This document shows positions 1 through 12,850 of a stretch of 64,000 bases of DNA, piece by piece (the first letter of the stretch is position 1; each line of letters begins with the position of its first letter). A program made the position numbers and the translations under genes. The notes beneath the pieces are model-generated. The model made no database searches. It worked only from the letters and a program-made list of their open reading frames with translations, and was not told the origin of the DNA. Where the stretch lies: the NCBI RefSeq assembly GCF_006345805.1, contig NC_043013.1:27714001-27778000 (forward strand). Reading direction: 5' to 3'. Origin of the DNA: Octopus sinensis. Lineage: Eukaryota.

Positions 1-1461
1 TGATAGGAAAGGAATCCAGCCACAGAAAATTCACCTCAAGAAATTCCACTGACCCATGCTAGTGTGGAAAAGTGGTAATTTAAAACGATAACATCCACAT
101 GTCTATCTTGCTTATCATCAACTACTGTAATGATCAAAGTTGGATGTTTATTATAACACCATATATTTGGTGAACTCAAAAGGTCTGCTGACATGAGTGG
201 TGTTTAGCCCTAGGTCAACCTTGACTGTAACTGAGAAAATACATGATTAAAGGCAATCTAATTATTAAAATGACTACTCTATCTTTTTGCTGGGCACAAA
301 AAAAAAAAACCCCTTTGATTACACTATTCAATATGTCATTCTCTTCTAAGACATGAAGTTCTAATTTGATGGACATTTCATAACTAACATGTCAATAGAC
401 CACATAGGGTCTCTCTCACTTGCTCATAAGTATAGGAATGTATATCAGTATATGTATGTGCAGAAATGAAATTGTTAACTTTTCACCAAATCATAAAGTC
501 TCCTAAGGCCAGTTTATTTCCAATTTCTTTTACAAAATTGAAAGGATGAGAGATAAATCTCCTTTGGGATAGGATGCTAGCTTATCACAGATAACCCTTT
601 TTCCTTTAGAAGTAAATGACTTTGGCACTGCATTGCAACAAATCCCTCAGCATTTCCACTGCTGCTACTGCCCACAACAACAAACTATAGCCACTCTGCA
701 TAAACTATTTAGAGATAAGTGGACTCAGGACCTGTAAGAAGGAGATTCTATCAATACATTGGTCCAGAATCTGTAGCTCTCTACAAGAGGCCACCACCAT
801 CACTACCACTAACAGACATCTGCCACATCCAGAGGCCTGTATGTAGTCTTGTCAAATTTCACACTGTGGACCTAGGTTGACTTAGTCATTAACAGTTATC
901 TCAACCATAGACACAGCACAGTCATAACATGACCTGAACCGGATTATCCAGTAGTTTATCAGCATGGCTCTCCAGTGAAGTTGCTGTGGGAATGGATAAA
1001 AATCTAATGTCTCAGACAGAATCCATTTTCAGGAAAAAGCTGACATGTGAGAAATTAAAGAGGCACAACAGAGTTTTATATCTAAGTGAGAAGAACTGGT
1101 TGCAACTCAGAGAGAAGATAAAATTCTGCTGTTTCTTTAATTTCTTACATGATTGATTGATTGATTGATTGATTCTAGTTTCAGCTTATGAGCTGTGGCC
1201 ATGCTGGGGCACCGCCATTTGGTGTTGCTACTTGGTTTCACTTCATGGAGGCTTTCTAGCAACTGCTATGTTAACTTTTCCTGAAGATGTTGCATTTTCT
1301 ATTCCTCTAAGTTCATTGTATTCATTTTGTCAATTTTCTTCTGTGCGTGCGTGCGTGTGTGTGTGTGCAGGTATCTCTCTCTCTCTCTCAGTAAGCATAG
1401 AAATGGTAAATGTAAAGGTATTCTTTAGTTTATTGAAAAGGAAGAGCAAATGGAAACACAC

Positions 1462-1546
1462 CAACAATATCTCCACCAGCACAAAACGCTTTGCCACCAG
1501 CTCCTTTCATAATTACCATTGAAATGGATCCATCTTTCTCCCATTC
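1462..1546 (-). CDS. HIBCH: HIBCH coding exon 3 ([28 protein letters not shown])
   Basis: 85 nt, acceptor TTTTCCAG, donor G|GTGTGT, phase 0 start. [14 protein letters not shown] is the HIBCH oxyanion-hole motif. Remaining exons lie left of the window. Confidence 0.95.
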
Positions 1547-2654
1547 CTGGAAAATAAGATAAAAATAAATATTGTAATATTCAGTGACCCATAAATAAGG
1601 TGGAATTTAAATATGTTTCTATATTTGAATACCTTACGCACTTATGAGAGACACATGGTGTTTGGAAGCTGGGTGTATTTCAGGATTTCTTGGTATTTTA
1701 GGCATGCCAGGAGCAAACAGTTCTAACAGGCTATCATTCTATTGTATTGAGAGAGAAAGTCATAAACTATTCAATATTTTGAAATCTGGGATAAGTTCCA
1801 GTACACCACAATACTTAGTAAAGTGGCCATGACCATCACCACCACCAACAATCACTACCACCATCACCACTACTGTCTCCACCACCATTGCCACCACCGC
1901 CACCTCCACCGACAACACCATAATCTAAATACTAAATTTTCCATGCTGGCATGGATCGGAGTGGTCTTTTAAGACCTGGTTTAAAATGCTACTATGCTTG
2001 GGATGTCCTTAATCACTCTCAATGCAGGAATACCATTTGGCAAGAGAGAGAACAACAGAGAGAGACAGGAATGGTGATGCTGACTTTCAAGTCCTTTTTT
2101 CTTTACAATGAATGGCTGTTACATATCCAGCAAGCTTCACTCCTCTCAAACCTCAACAGATCCTACTCCTTCCACATTTGATGTCTGTATCTCACTACCA
2201 TGCACTGCCGTACACTTCATACAGTCTCTATTTTTCATAGGAGTCAAAAACCTTTTCTGCTGTCAAACAAATAGCAAAAATTCCTTGAATTTGTTTTTTC
2301 TTCAGCTAGAAAACTATTTCTACAATCCTCTTTCGCATTAATTAGGACATTGATAAATACATACAAAGTATGGAAGTATGGGCGGCCATAGCTGTAACAG
2401 CTCACCCCCCTCCCAATTCTGCTTTTATTCTTTCATTTGATATACACCTACAGGCTTTTTCTTGCTTCCATTAACTGCCCCACCCTCTTTCCTCCCCCTC
2501 CTCTCACTTTCATGCTTACTGTTTCACTCCCTCCTCCTCACACAGGAATTAATTCCAACAATATGTCATCTCCCCACTAACCTGCTGTTAACTTGTTAGA
2601 TTATTCCCTTTGGCACTTCAAACCTCTTATAAAAAGCAAGCAATCATTGTTTAT

Positions 2655-3140
2655 GCCCCTTCTCAACAACTAACTACTATATTTAACGTGTCTGTGCTGC
2701 ACCAGGCTTCAGTCACCTGTTTTGACATGGTTTCTACAACTGGATGCCATTTCTAACACCAACCACTTTACAGAGTGTATTGGGTACTTTTCATGTGGTG
2801 CCAGCATGGGCGTTTTTGATGTGCCACCAGCAGGGGTGCTTTTCATGTGCCACCACACAGGTCCTTTCCATGTGGCACCAGCTCTGGGGCTTTTAATGTG
2901 GAACCAGCACCAGTGTTTTTCATGTGTTACTAGTATGGGTGCTTTTTATGTGCCACCAGCATGGGTCCTTTTCATGTGACACCAGCACAGGTCCTTTCCA
3001 TGTGGCACCAGCTCAGGTGCTTTTAATGTGACACCAGTGCTTTTCATGTGGTACCAGTATGGGTGCTTTTTATGTGCCACCAGCATGAGTGCTTTTTCAT
3101 ATGGAGCCAACATGGGTACATTTTATGTGGCACCAACACC
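2655..3140 (-). mobile_element. Family C SINE-like element (GGAAGGGCATCCAGC motif, (GAT)n tail) with expanded internal minisatellite
   Basis: CTGGATGCC..TCTAACACCAACCAC core followed by many 21-22 bp GTGCCACCAGC units. Related copies at about 4805-4970, 5395-5670, 9225-9440, 16000-16140, 17190-17345, 17375-17640, 24915-25080 and 29735-29835. Confidence 0.75.
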
Positions 3141-3264
3141 CAGAGGTTGCCAAGAAGCTTGCAAGATAATAATGTCCCAGCTGAGAGAGATAGCGGTGTG
3201 CTAGCTATCTTACAACAGAGAAGATACATTTTAACCCAGTAGGATAAGGATAGGGGAGGGAGGT

Positions 3265-3302
<38 letters not shown>

Positions 3303-5139
3303 AAGAAAGAAAGAAAGAAAGAGAGAAAGAAAGAAAGGGAGTCCATCTATCAATCTGCTAGAGATTACACCATATCTTCCATCTTCTCGGTATCTGTTGC
3401 CTGTAATGAGGACACAGAATTTACACAGAACTTCTTGCCAATCTTACTCCCTTATTAAGAAAAGACACTTTCCAGATGGTAATTGAACTTTCTGCTCACT
3501 GCTCTCTCTCTCTCTCTCTCTCTCTCTTTGAGTATTAATCATTGTAATCTTTGTCATATTGACCTTTAGACTGAAGATCATTATTCTGGTTTGTTTATAT
3601 TTTCTGTCATTCCAAAACATATTAACACACCTGTCACTAACCTATTGGAATTCACCCAAAATACATTACTTTTTGCTTAACCTAACTCACCACACAATAC
3701 ATAATTAAGTTTTTAAAGATTAATGCTTATTAAAATAGTGATGGTAGTAGTAGTAGTAGTAATATGAAATGGCTGACTAGAACAGGTGTACTGACATATG
3801 CACTAGCTTTTTCTTGAAAAATTTGTTTCTAGAAATCTTATTTTAAAATACATAATGTGATTTTTAGAGAAAGAAAGAGAGAGAGAGAGTGAGAGAGATA
3901 GAGTTTGTGTATGTGTGTGTGTGTGTGTGGGTGTGTGTGTGTGTGTGCGTGTAAGCTCTTCTTATGCTTCAGTTAAACATTTTATATATTCAAGTGGGTC
4001 TCATAAAATATTTATATTTATTCTTATACTTGTTTCAGTCATTTGACTGTGGCCATATTGGGGCACCACCTTGAAGGATTATAGCCAACCAGATTGACAC
4101 CCTGCCTACATATTCTATTGGTCTCTTTTGCTAAACTGCTAAGTAACAGGGATGTAAACAAACCAAAACCACTTGTCAAATGGTGGTGGTGGGGGAGGGA
4201 CACACACACACACACAGTCTCCATCTAGCAACATGGCTCACAAGGCACTGCTTGGCTTGGGGTTATAGTAGAAGGCACACACCCACGGTGCTGCAAATAG
4301 TTGCAAAACAAGCTTCATAACTACACAGCCAAACCCTAACCTATTTATCTTTTTATAACTAAATAAATAATGTTTTAGCTTCTGTTCATTTCAAAAGAAG
4401 CCTCAGACAACATATTTTCTTGACTATGTCAGTATTTAAAGTATGAATGGTTACATAAAGTCCTGTAATTCAACATTCCCACCCAACACCCATTTAATAT
4501 AAACTTTTTTGATTTTTTCAGTCTTTGTTTGCCATGTTTGTAGCTTCACACCCTCCTTTGCTTACAACTCATCAACATATGACTCCTTTTTTTCTATTGT
4601 TTATCTGTAATATCATTCAGCATAAAACAATGAGAAAGCAGGTCAACACTGCTTCCCTTTCAATAGTAATTTTTATCCTTTGTTTTCTTTCTTTCCTTCT
4701 TTCTCCTTTTCTCTGTCTCATACTTTTCACCTTTCTTTCCTATGCAGACATAAACATGTACACATACACGACAAATTTTATTATATATGTAAAAACCTTA
4801 CAGATCATCATCCTCATCATTTAACGTCTGCTTTCCATGCTGGCATGGGTTGGACAGTTTGACTGAGGTCTGGAAACCCAGTAGGCTGTGCCAGGCTCCA
4901 ATCTGATCTGGCAAGTTTTCTACAGCTGGATGCCCTTCCTAACACCAACCACTCTGAGAGTGGAGTAGTGCTGGCACCTACCCTACAATGTCATTCTAAA
5001 ACATTCAAAACACACCACTGAAATCTTGAAGCCACGAGATAATGTGTGAGTAATTCAAAATAATGTGGAATAAATAAGCTTTACATTTAACAGAATAATC
5101 TGAATGCTAAAGGGTTAATATGTAAAAAGAAAAACTCAC

Positions 5140-5319
5140 CAGCATTTGTTGGTAGATTTTTCTAGCCATTGGTAATGAAAGGGCATTCAAAGCTTTAGGT
5201 CGGTTCAAAGTGACAACACCTTTGCCAGCCACTCTTTCGAGCAGAACATCCATTTCTGAAGAATTCTTTGACATATGGCGAAGGAAAGAAAGTTTAGGAG
5301 CTTGTAGCCAAACTTGCTT
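5140..5319 (-). CDS. HIBCH: HIBCH coding exon 2 (KQVWLQAPKLSFLRHMSKNSSEMDVLLERVAGKGVVTLNRPKALNALSLPMARKIYQQML)
   Basis: 180 nt between a poly-T TAG acceptor and CTG|GTGAGT donor. The crotonase-fold motif VTLNRPKALNAL and the context match HIBCH (human [24 protein letters not shown], from memory). Confidence 0.95.
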
Positions 5320-7441
5320 CTAAAAAAAAAATAAATAAAATATGGAAATGTTAACAATATACAATGAGTGCAACCAGGATTCTTGACTAAATCCTTTAAT
5401 ATCCATCTTCCATCCTGGCATGGGTTGGGTGGTTTGACAGGAACTGGCCAGCATCTATGGCTGGATGCCCTTCCTAACGCCAACCACTTCACAGAATGTA
5501 CTGGATGCTTTTTATGTTACCCCAGCATGAGTGTTATGTATGTGGATCTGGTGCCAGCGCTTTATATGTGGCACCAGCATTGGTGCTTTATACATGGCAA
5601 TGGCATCAGTGTTTTCAACATGGTGCTGCCATGGTGCTTTCAATGTGGTACCGACACGGGTGCTTTTTAAACATGTAAACCACAATGTTGTTATTCATTT
5701 TTTCCAAGAAAGACTGGAAAGGAACAACATAACATTGCATATATGATGGTGATGCTTATTTGCAACCCTGGCATTATGTCAAGACAGAGGTTGCCAAAGG
5801 TGCTGTGCATTAGGACTGAGCCTGAGAGCACACATTTAGGAAGCAATCTTCTTAACCACACAGCCATGCCTGTTACCTACAAATATATTTTATTTTTTAT
5901 TTTATTTTTATCTAGTTTCAGCACATGAGCTGTGGCCATACTGGGGCACCGCCACAAATTAAAAAAAACACAACAAAATAAATAAATAAAACACAAAGAT
6001 GATGATATCTTACCAGACATCCAAATGTAAATGCTGACCTGCAACAAAACAGAACGGAAACGGTCAGAAAATAGTGAAGGAAAACAATTAAGATTTCTAA
6101 CATTCATACAAGGATACAAGCTTTGGTGGGAAGGCATACTGGATTGTATCAAAGCAATACTTCATTAGATTGGTACTCGCTCTACCATTTGTGCTACTCA
6201 CTATCCTCAACAAGAATAACAATAACATTAATAATGGTTGCAAATTTTGACACAGGGCTAACAATTTTAGAAGGAGGGCTAAGTTAGTTTTATGGGCCAA
6301 AAAGGATAAAAGGCAAAAGTGACCTCAGTAGAATTTGAACTCAGGACGTAAAGAGCCAAAAGAAATGCAGCTAAGCACTTTGTCTGACAGGCTAGAGAAT
6401 CTGCCACCTTGTTGCATGCTGCTGCAGCAGCAGCAACATCATGATCATTATCATGGAGGTGCAACAGGTAGTGCAGTAGAAATCTGCCTGAAACTTATCA
6501 AAATAATAATAATAACAATTTCAAATTTTTGCCACAAGGATAGCTTGGGGGAGGTGATTGAGTCGATTACATCGACCCCAGTGCGTAACTGGTACTTATT
6601 TTGGTCTGCCTGGAGTCATTCTACGAGGACTCCAGGCAGACCAAAAGTCTTGTGAGTGGATTTGGTAGATGGATGCCCCACTGACCACATCGTGTATGTG
6701 TGCATGCGTATGTGTGTGTTTGCACAGGTGTGTAATTATATGTAGCTTTCTTTAGACATCACCTAATGGTTGTAAATGAGCATCATCATGATACAAGCAA
6801 GGTTTTTAGTCTTCTGTGAAAACCATGTTATGGGAAATATAACCTTGCTTAGAAACAGGTGAAGGTTGGTAATAGGAAGGGCATCCAGCCATAGAAAAAC
6901 TGCCTCAACAAATCCAGCTGACCCCTGCAAGCATGGATAAGCAAACATTAAATGATGATGGTGATGGAGGTATACTTTTACATGTGCCATTACAATAAGG
7001 AAATCTAACTAGTTTATTTATCGCTTAATAATTGGTTATTAAATGTATTAACTGATATTGATTTCCTTCTTTTAAGTAGAGATGTCATCCACTTATATTG
7101 CATTTGCATTACATTAGAACTGATTTCAGACGCAGGAACAAAGCCTCAAATTTGAGACGGAAGGACCCCACTTCCACCCATAAAATCAGTAACAGGAATA
7201 AAAAATATATAAGCATAATAATAATAATGGTTTCAAATTTTGCCACAAGGGCAGGGGATGGGTGTTTCACTGGGACTTAATTTATCAACTCCAGAAGAAT
7301 GAAAAGCAAAGTCGACCTTGGTGGAATTTGAATTCAGAGTGTGAAGACAGACGAAATACTGCCAAGCATTTCACCCAGCGCGCTAACGATTCTGCCAGCT
7401 TGCCGCCTTACATACATACATACATACATAATAATAATAAA

Positions 7442-7985
7442 TACCCTGTTGCAGTACCAGGCAGTGGCTCTCATGGTTTCTGACCTTAACTGATTGGAAG
7501 TTTTACCATGTACATTGTTTTGTCTTGGTATAAAAGATGGGCTACAGCAAATATTCTGCTCAGTACCACAGATTTGCTTGTCAGTTGTTTGACCATAACC
7601 ACTTGAGAATGTCCCTTGGCAGCTGATGATATGTGCATCTCTGATCATGAGCAGAAGTAGTGGTGGAGCATCATAGCCATGTGTTGAGAGGGATTCTTTG
7701 GGGTTTTGATAATTCACCTTTGGAAATATGGGTGTTTCATTCTACATCCTTAAAGAATCCTTATTCAGGGACCTTTTGAGTGGGATGAACTACTCAACCT
7801 GAAGAAAATTGTAACTGGGCCCCACCTGCAAGGTCATGTGCTGTTTATCTTGATAGGAGATCACCATATTGTGCACATATGGTTGTGATGCATATACCTG
7901 GTGTACCCTTATCAAACGGGTAGTCATGATGGATATATTTTACCCTAGTGTCACTTTGATGGCATGCACTACTCTCTCACTCAAT
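7442..7985. mobile_element. About 540 bp non-coding interspersed element flanked by (TAA)n
   Basis: Near-complete second copy at 56193-56697 and partial copy at about 34485-34725, all abutting TAA repeats. Confidence 0.8.
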
Positions 7986-10900
7986 AATAATCATCATCAT
8001 CATCGTCGTTGTTTAATGTCTGCTTTCCATGTTGGCATGGGTTAATAATAATAATAAAAATTTTTTTACCTTAACAACATGATGAATATTCTGGCTGAAA
8101 AAGAAAACCATAAAAATTGTTAGGAATTACACAAAAATAGGAATTCCTAAACAAAAATAAATGAATGAATGCTATAAAATCTTTCCAGTATTTATTTTCC
8201 TTTTTATCCTTCCAGAGACTGATATAGTCAACTATAAGCCTGCAGGAAAAACATCTGGCCTTGTACCTATATTGAAGTCATCATCCTTTACTGTCCACTT
8301 TTCCATGCTTGCATGGGTTAGATGGAATTTATCTGAGGCAGATTTTCTAAAGCTGGATGCCATTCCTGTCACCCACCCTCACCTGTTTCTATGCAATGTA
8401 ATATCCCCCCCCCCAAGTTAGAAATCAATGGTTCAACAAGGATGGTATAGCATGTCAAAAACATGCCCGTTAGGAGCAAGAGTGGCTGTGTGGTAAGTAG
8501 CTTGCTTACCAACCACATGGTTCTGGGTTCAGTCTCACTGCTAGAGCCTCGGGAGTGGATTTGGTAGATGAAAACTGAAAGAAGCCCATCATATATGTGT
8601 GTGTTTGTACCCCCATCATCGCTTGATAACCAATGCCAGTGTATTTATGTCCCTGTAACTTAGTGGTTTGGCAAAATATAATAAGCTAGCTGGCCCCGTG
8701 CCGTCAAAAACGATGCAATATTTTATATATAAATGTTGTCAATGTTATTTAGTCACTGTCTTTTGAGATGTGACATCGATCATCATTTGTTACTGAAAGA
8801 ATGCTGGTTCACACGAACATTCACATACTTCCCTTGTATATGCACAGGGTTGAAACGCTGTTTGATTTTTCTTTTCAGCATTGAACGTTCACCATCCCAC
8901 TTCCATTGCACACACAAACATTCACATACATCACTTTTACACACAGAGTTGAAACGCTCCCACTACCAGTTTGCCATCACCCCTTCCTTTCTCATTCGTA
9001 TGTTGTGACGAAGAAAAACGCAAGAATATCATTATAGAAGATCGACATAAGATAGATTTCATTTTTATGTAACAAAAATCACCAGATGCAGGCACAGCTA
9101 TGTGGTAGGAGGTTAGCTTCCCAACCACATGGTTCAAGGTTCAGTTGCACTGCATGACACCTTGGGCAAGTTTCTTCTCCTAAAGCCCTGAACCAACAAG
9201 CTAAAAGAAGTAAAAGAATATATCATCATCATCCTCATCATGTAACATCTGTCTTCCATGCTGGCAAGGCCAGGAGCCACACCATGTTCCATAGACTGTT
9301 TTAGCATAGTTTCTACAGTTGGATGCCCTTCTCCTCCTTCCTAATGCCAACCACTTTACAGAGTGTACTGGGTGCTTTTTATGTAACACTAGCATCAGTG
9401 CTTTATATACATTGCATCAGCACCAGTTCTTTTTTGCATGGCACCATCACCAGAGCTTTATGTGTGTGTGTCTTCGACGTCATGTGATAGTTGTAAAGGA
9501 GTGTCATTGTCATACAAGCAGAGTCATTGATTTCCAATATTCAGCATGAGCATGTCTGCTGATGGGGGAAATATACAGTGAGGTTTACCTTGCTTGGAAA
9601 CATTTGTCACATTAAATTACAACATATGTGCTTAAAAAGTGACTTAATCTGCATACGTGTCTTTTATTAGAAAGTGACAGGCCATCACTGCACAGAAAGA
9701 GGATTCTGGAAACTATAACCAAATCTTGGGGAACACCATTGTTGATGTATTCAAGTTCTGAGAGGGCACTGTCAACACTCACAGCAATAGCGAAATCTAA
9801 TCAGTTGTTAGTTGTCGGAGCACTGCATCCTTCCACTGCATCCTTCAAAACTTCCATGCTTTCTGAGATTCGCCAACACTACACCTGATTTTCTCCCCTC
9901 CATACACACACAAGCATGTATCTGACTCATACATTGTTTGCTTTCCAGACATTTGTACATTACTGCATATACTCTATACGCACTTTCTGACAAGTTGTGG
10001 TGCACCTGAGCACTGTATACAATAATTTCATTATTATATTATATAAAAAGGAGACCATATAAGCCGTATGTAAGTAACTTGGCTAAAAAGTTCTCGCGTC
10101 AGAGACTGAAGGCTTTGTTGAAGTCAAAGGTTACAGTGAATCGTCTATGACAGAAATGCAAGCCATCGATTTATCTGGGCTTACGAGAAACCCCAGGAGA
10201 GTCAGTAATTGGAATTACTTAACCACCGGTTTCTGATAGCTAGGTACAAGGACTTGTTTTATAGAAGAAAAGTATTAGAAGTTATAATGTTCATTTCTCT
10301 ACAGTCCTTGTGAAGTTGAATAGCTTCATTCAGGGATCACAACTCAGCCCTAGAGCCGGTTGAGAGTTCACCTCGTATCTAACAGCATTTTGCTATCTTA
10401 TTCCTCGCTTTCACAAATTTATGGCCTTATGCAATAAAGCTTGCTTATGAAAAAACAAACAAGCTTAAAAGTGATCCCCTGAGTATATGAAATGCATTAT
10501 TAAATGTACTATTTCGATATTTTTAATAAATGAACTTTTTCCAATAGTTATTTTCAACTAATGGTTTCTAGCCAATTTCCTTCGCTTGGTTTTAACTATT
10601 ATTTTTAAGAAAAGCATGGGCAGCAATCACCTCACCTTATTTTCTTCCAGTTATAAAGTCTGAGGCCTTGTAAACATGTTATGAATTAATAATAAATGCC
10701 CTATTTACGTCGCCAAAGTCATTGAGGAAAGTGTAAAAGGTGACACATTTTTACTTTTACTCCCAAATAAACTCCAAATTTGTCCCTATATGTGAATTCG
10801 AGCTTACATGTATCAACAAATGGTATTTGTTGGTAGGAATTCCTAAATTTTGTATGAATGAAGCAACAGTAAGTAGGACCTAGTTTATATTGTTTCTTAT

Positions 10901-12433
10901 AATGTTTAGTCGCAGGTGAATCCAAATTGAACATGTCTAAAATCAAAGGACCAAAATTATATCGTATTTTATTATATGCCTATGACAACACTAATCAATA
11001 AAGCTTTTTTTTCTCCTTTTTTTAAAGACATTGCGGATGTTATTTGATTGGGTAAAAGTGGCTGCTAAACATTATCGGTCGAGCAACCGGGTAGAATAGT
11101 GCTTCTCAACTTTCTTATTATCTGGACCAGATCCAAAATGTAGATTTACGGATTTTTTTAGGGTGCCGCATCAAAAAGCGCAAAACATAGCTTAAAGGAA
11201 AATGTATCATGTTTATTGGGGGAAGATTGTCAGGGGTTACCAGAAGGATGTTTGACGGCCCAAGAACCCTAAGACGCATGCACCCTAAAAACCGTAGTTG
11301 AAAACCGCTAGGGGTTTCATGTATACACGATGGTGAAGCATTGAGGCATATTTCGTGTATCTTACAATTCCAAACACTTAATGTACACAAATGAATTTTA
11401 CAAAATAAGACAGGATAATATAAATAAAACGATGTCGATAACGCTAAAAAACAAACAAAAAACGTAGCTATATAGGGTTAAGAAAAAATAAAACATCCCA
11501 TTAGGTGATGGGTGTAATGTAACATGCGGTACAGTATAGGCTTACTGATTTTATTCGAAGCACATAATAGTTATAAAGTATACTATTTAAGTGTTAGTAA
11601 AAAATAGTTTATTTCTTTATTCCTAAGGTTTAATATGTTATAGTATGCTGCTAATGTCCTTCAGAAGCGTAGAAATAGCTGACTGTCTTATGTTGCTTAG
11701 CAAATGTGTGACCTCGTGCCAAAACAAGACACTACTTTTAACACACTGTTTATAATATACGACACAGGTCGTATATAATAAACCACAGCTTATAAGATGG
11801 AACATTTTGATATTGGTCAAGAATTACTTTCGTGAATAATTCAGAGGAAAAAAGTTTGAATAACGAAAAACATCTTTTTCAAGAGCTTACGTAACATCCA
11901 GCTTACAAAAATAGAGAAAAACTATTTTAGAACGTTTTTAGAATTCGTATTTAAATGCTGGAAAACCCTCCAAAACTAAGGATTACTGAAACAAGCTATG
12001 TAAGAGGTGAACTCACAGTAAGTTGGGTCCACGTTCGAGTTTCAATTCCTAACCGAAGCCATTCGACTTCACTTAACACTGAAAATGAATGAATAGCACA
12101 ATTTCTTATTCGATTTCCGATAAAACAGAGCTCTTCGCCTAGTAAACAAACAAACTAATATTTGTTAAGTCGTCCAGAATAAACTATCGCGAGTAATTGA
12201 GCCGAAAAGCAGCGTAATCCAACCAAGGTCGATATCTTGTAGACCTTTATGATCTATTAATATAAGTAGTAACGACAGCATCTCGGGTGGTTTCAACTGA
12301 CTGCATTACTAGTTAATTTTTAAAAAATTAGTCAAGCGTGTCTGTCTTGTGGATAGGAACAAAATATAAGGTAATATTTTTGCAGTCGAGTGAAGAGAGA
12401 AAGAGAAAAAAAAGAAGGACGACGGCGACATAC

Positions 12434-12517
12434 CTGGGAGGTGCGAACGGAAGCACTTTGTTTTGGAAGTCTTTTGTAAAATAAGGTAGGAAAGGTAGTG
12501 ATGTTGTGATAAAGCAT
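12434..12517 (-). CDS. HIBCH: HIBCH predicted coding exon 1 (mitochondrial presequence MLYHNITTFPTLFYKRLPKQSASVRTSQ)
   Basis: ATG at 12517-12515 opens 28 stop-free codons ending at a strong donor CAG|GTATGT (intron starts 12433). It ends in phase 0, matching the phase-0 start of the 5319 exon. The joined N-terminus has no acidic residue for 49 aa, as expected for a mitochondrial presequence. Confidence 0.7.
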
Positions 12518-12644
12518 GGAGAGTGACTCGAGCAAGTTCTTGAAGGAATTGCCGGTGCCAGAGAGATTCGAAGAGAAACAGATACGAATACAGAACTTCG
12601 TTGAACGACAACACTCGTTAAGAAACAAAGTCGTACTTGTTACG
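12516..12644 (+). CDS. PPCS: PPCS exon 1 (MESDSSKF...RNKVVLVT)
   Basis: 43 codons from ATG to ACG|GTAGGT. VVLVT joins SGGT of the next exon to make the PPCS signature VVLVTSGGT. Confidence 0.93.
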
Positions 12645-12811
12645 GTAGGTTGCATTAATTCCCAGTATTCAATCAATTCTTTCATTCATTCATCTTTTCC
12701 ATAAAGGATAATAGTATTTAAATTATCACTGAATTTTATGTTGATTTGCATTTATATCTATCCCGCGCCTGTTCTTAATTTACATGCATGTATGGTGCGT
12801 ATCTATATCTA

Positions 12812-12850
<39 letters not shown>

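Larger units (their letters stand above)
12300..12690. promoter_or_regulatory. Shared/overlapping promoter region of PPCS and HIBCH
   Basis: Both first coding exons lie here on opposite strands. CpG is visibly retained compared with flanking DNA, and an ETS-like CGGAAG sits at 12448-12453. Confidence 0.7.

Noticed and set aside
1-1461. Next HIBCH exon (FFREEY region)
   Set aside because: Not found by eye on the minus strand; presumed to lie left of the window.
2760-3140. Repeat array superficially like CRISPR
   Set aside because: Degenerate tandem units with no unique spacers, embedded in a eukaryotic SINE; no cas genes.
12053-12062. ATGGCTTCG|GTTAGG as an alternative HIBCH start exon (MAS)
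   Set aside because: Phase fits but the donor is weak and the 12434 exon has much better support; not excluded without RNA data.
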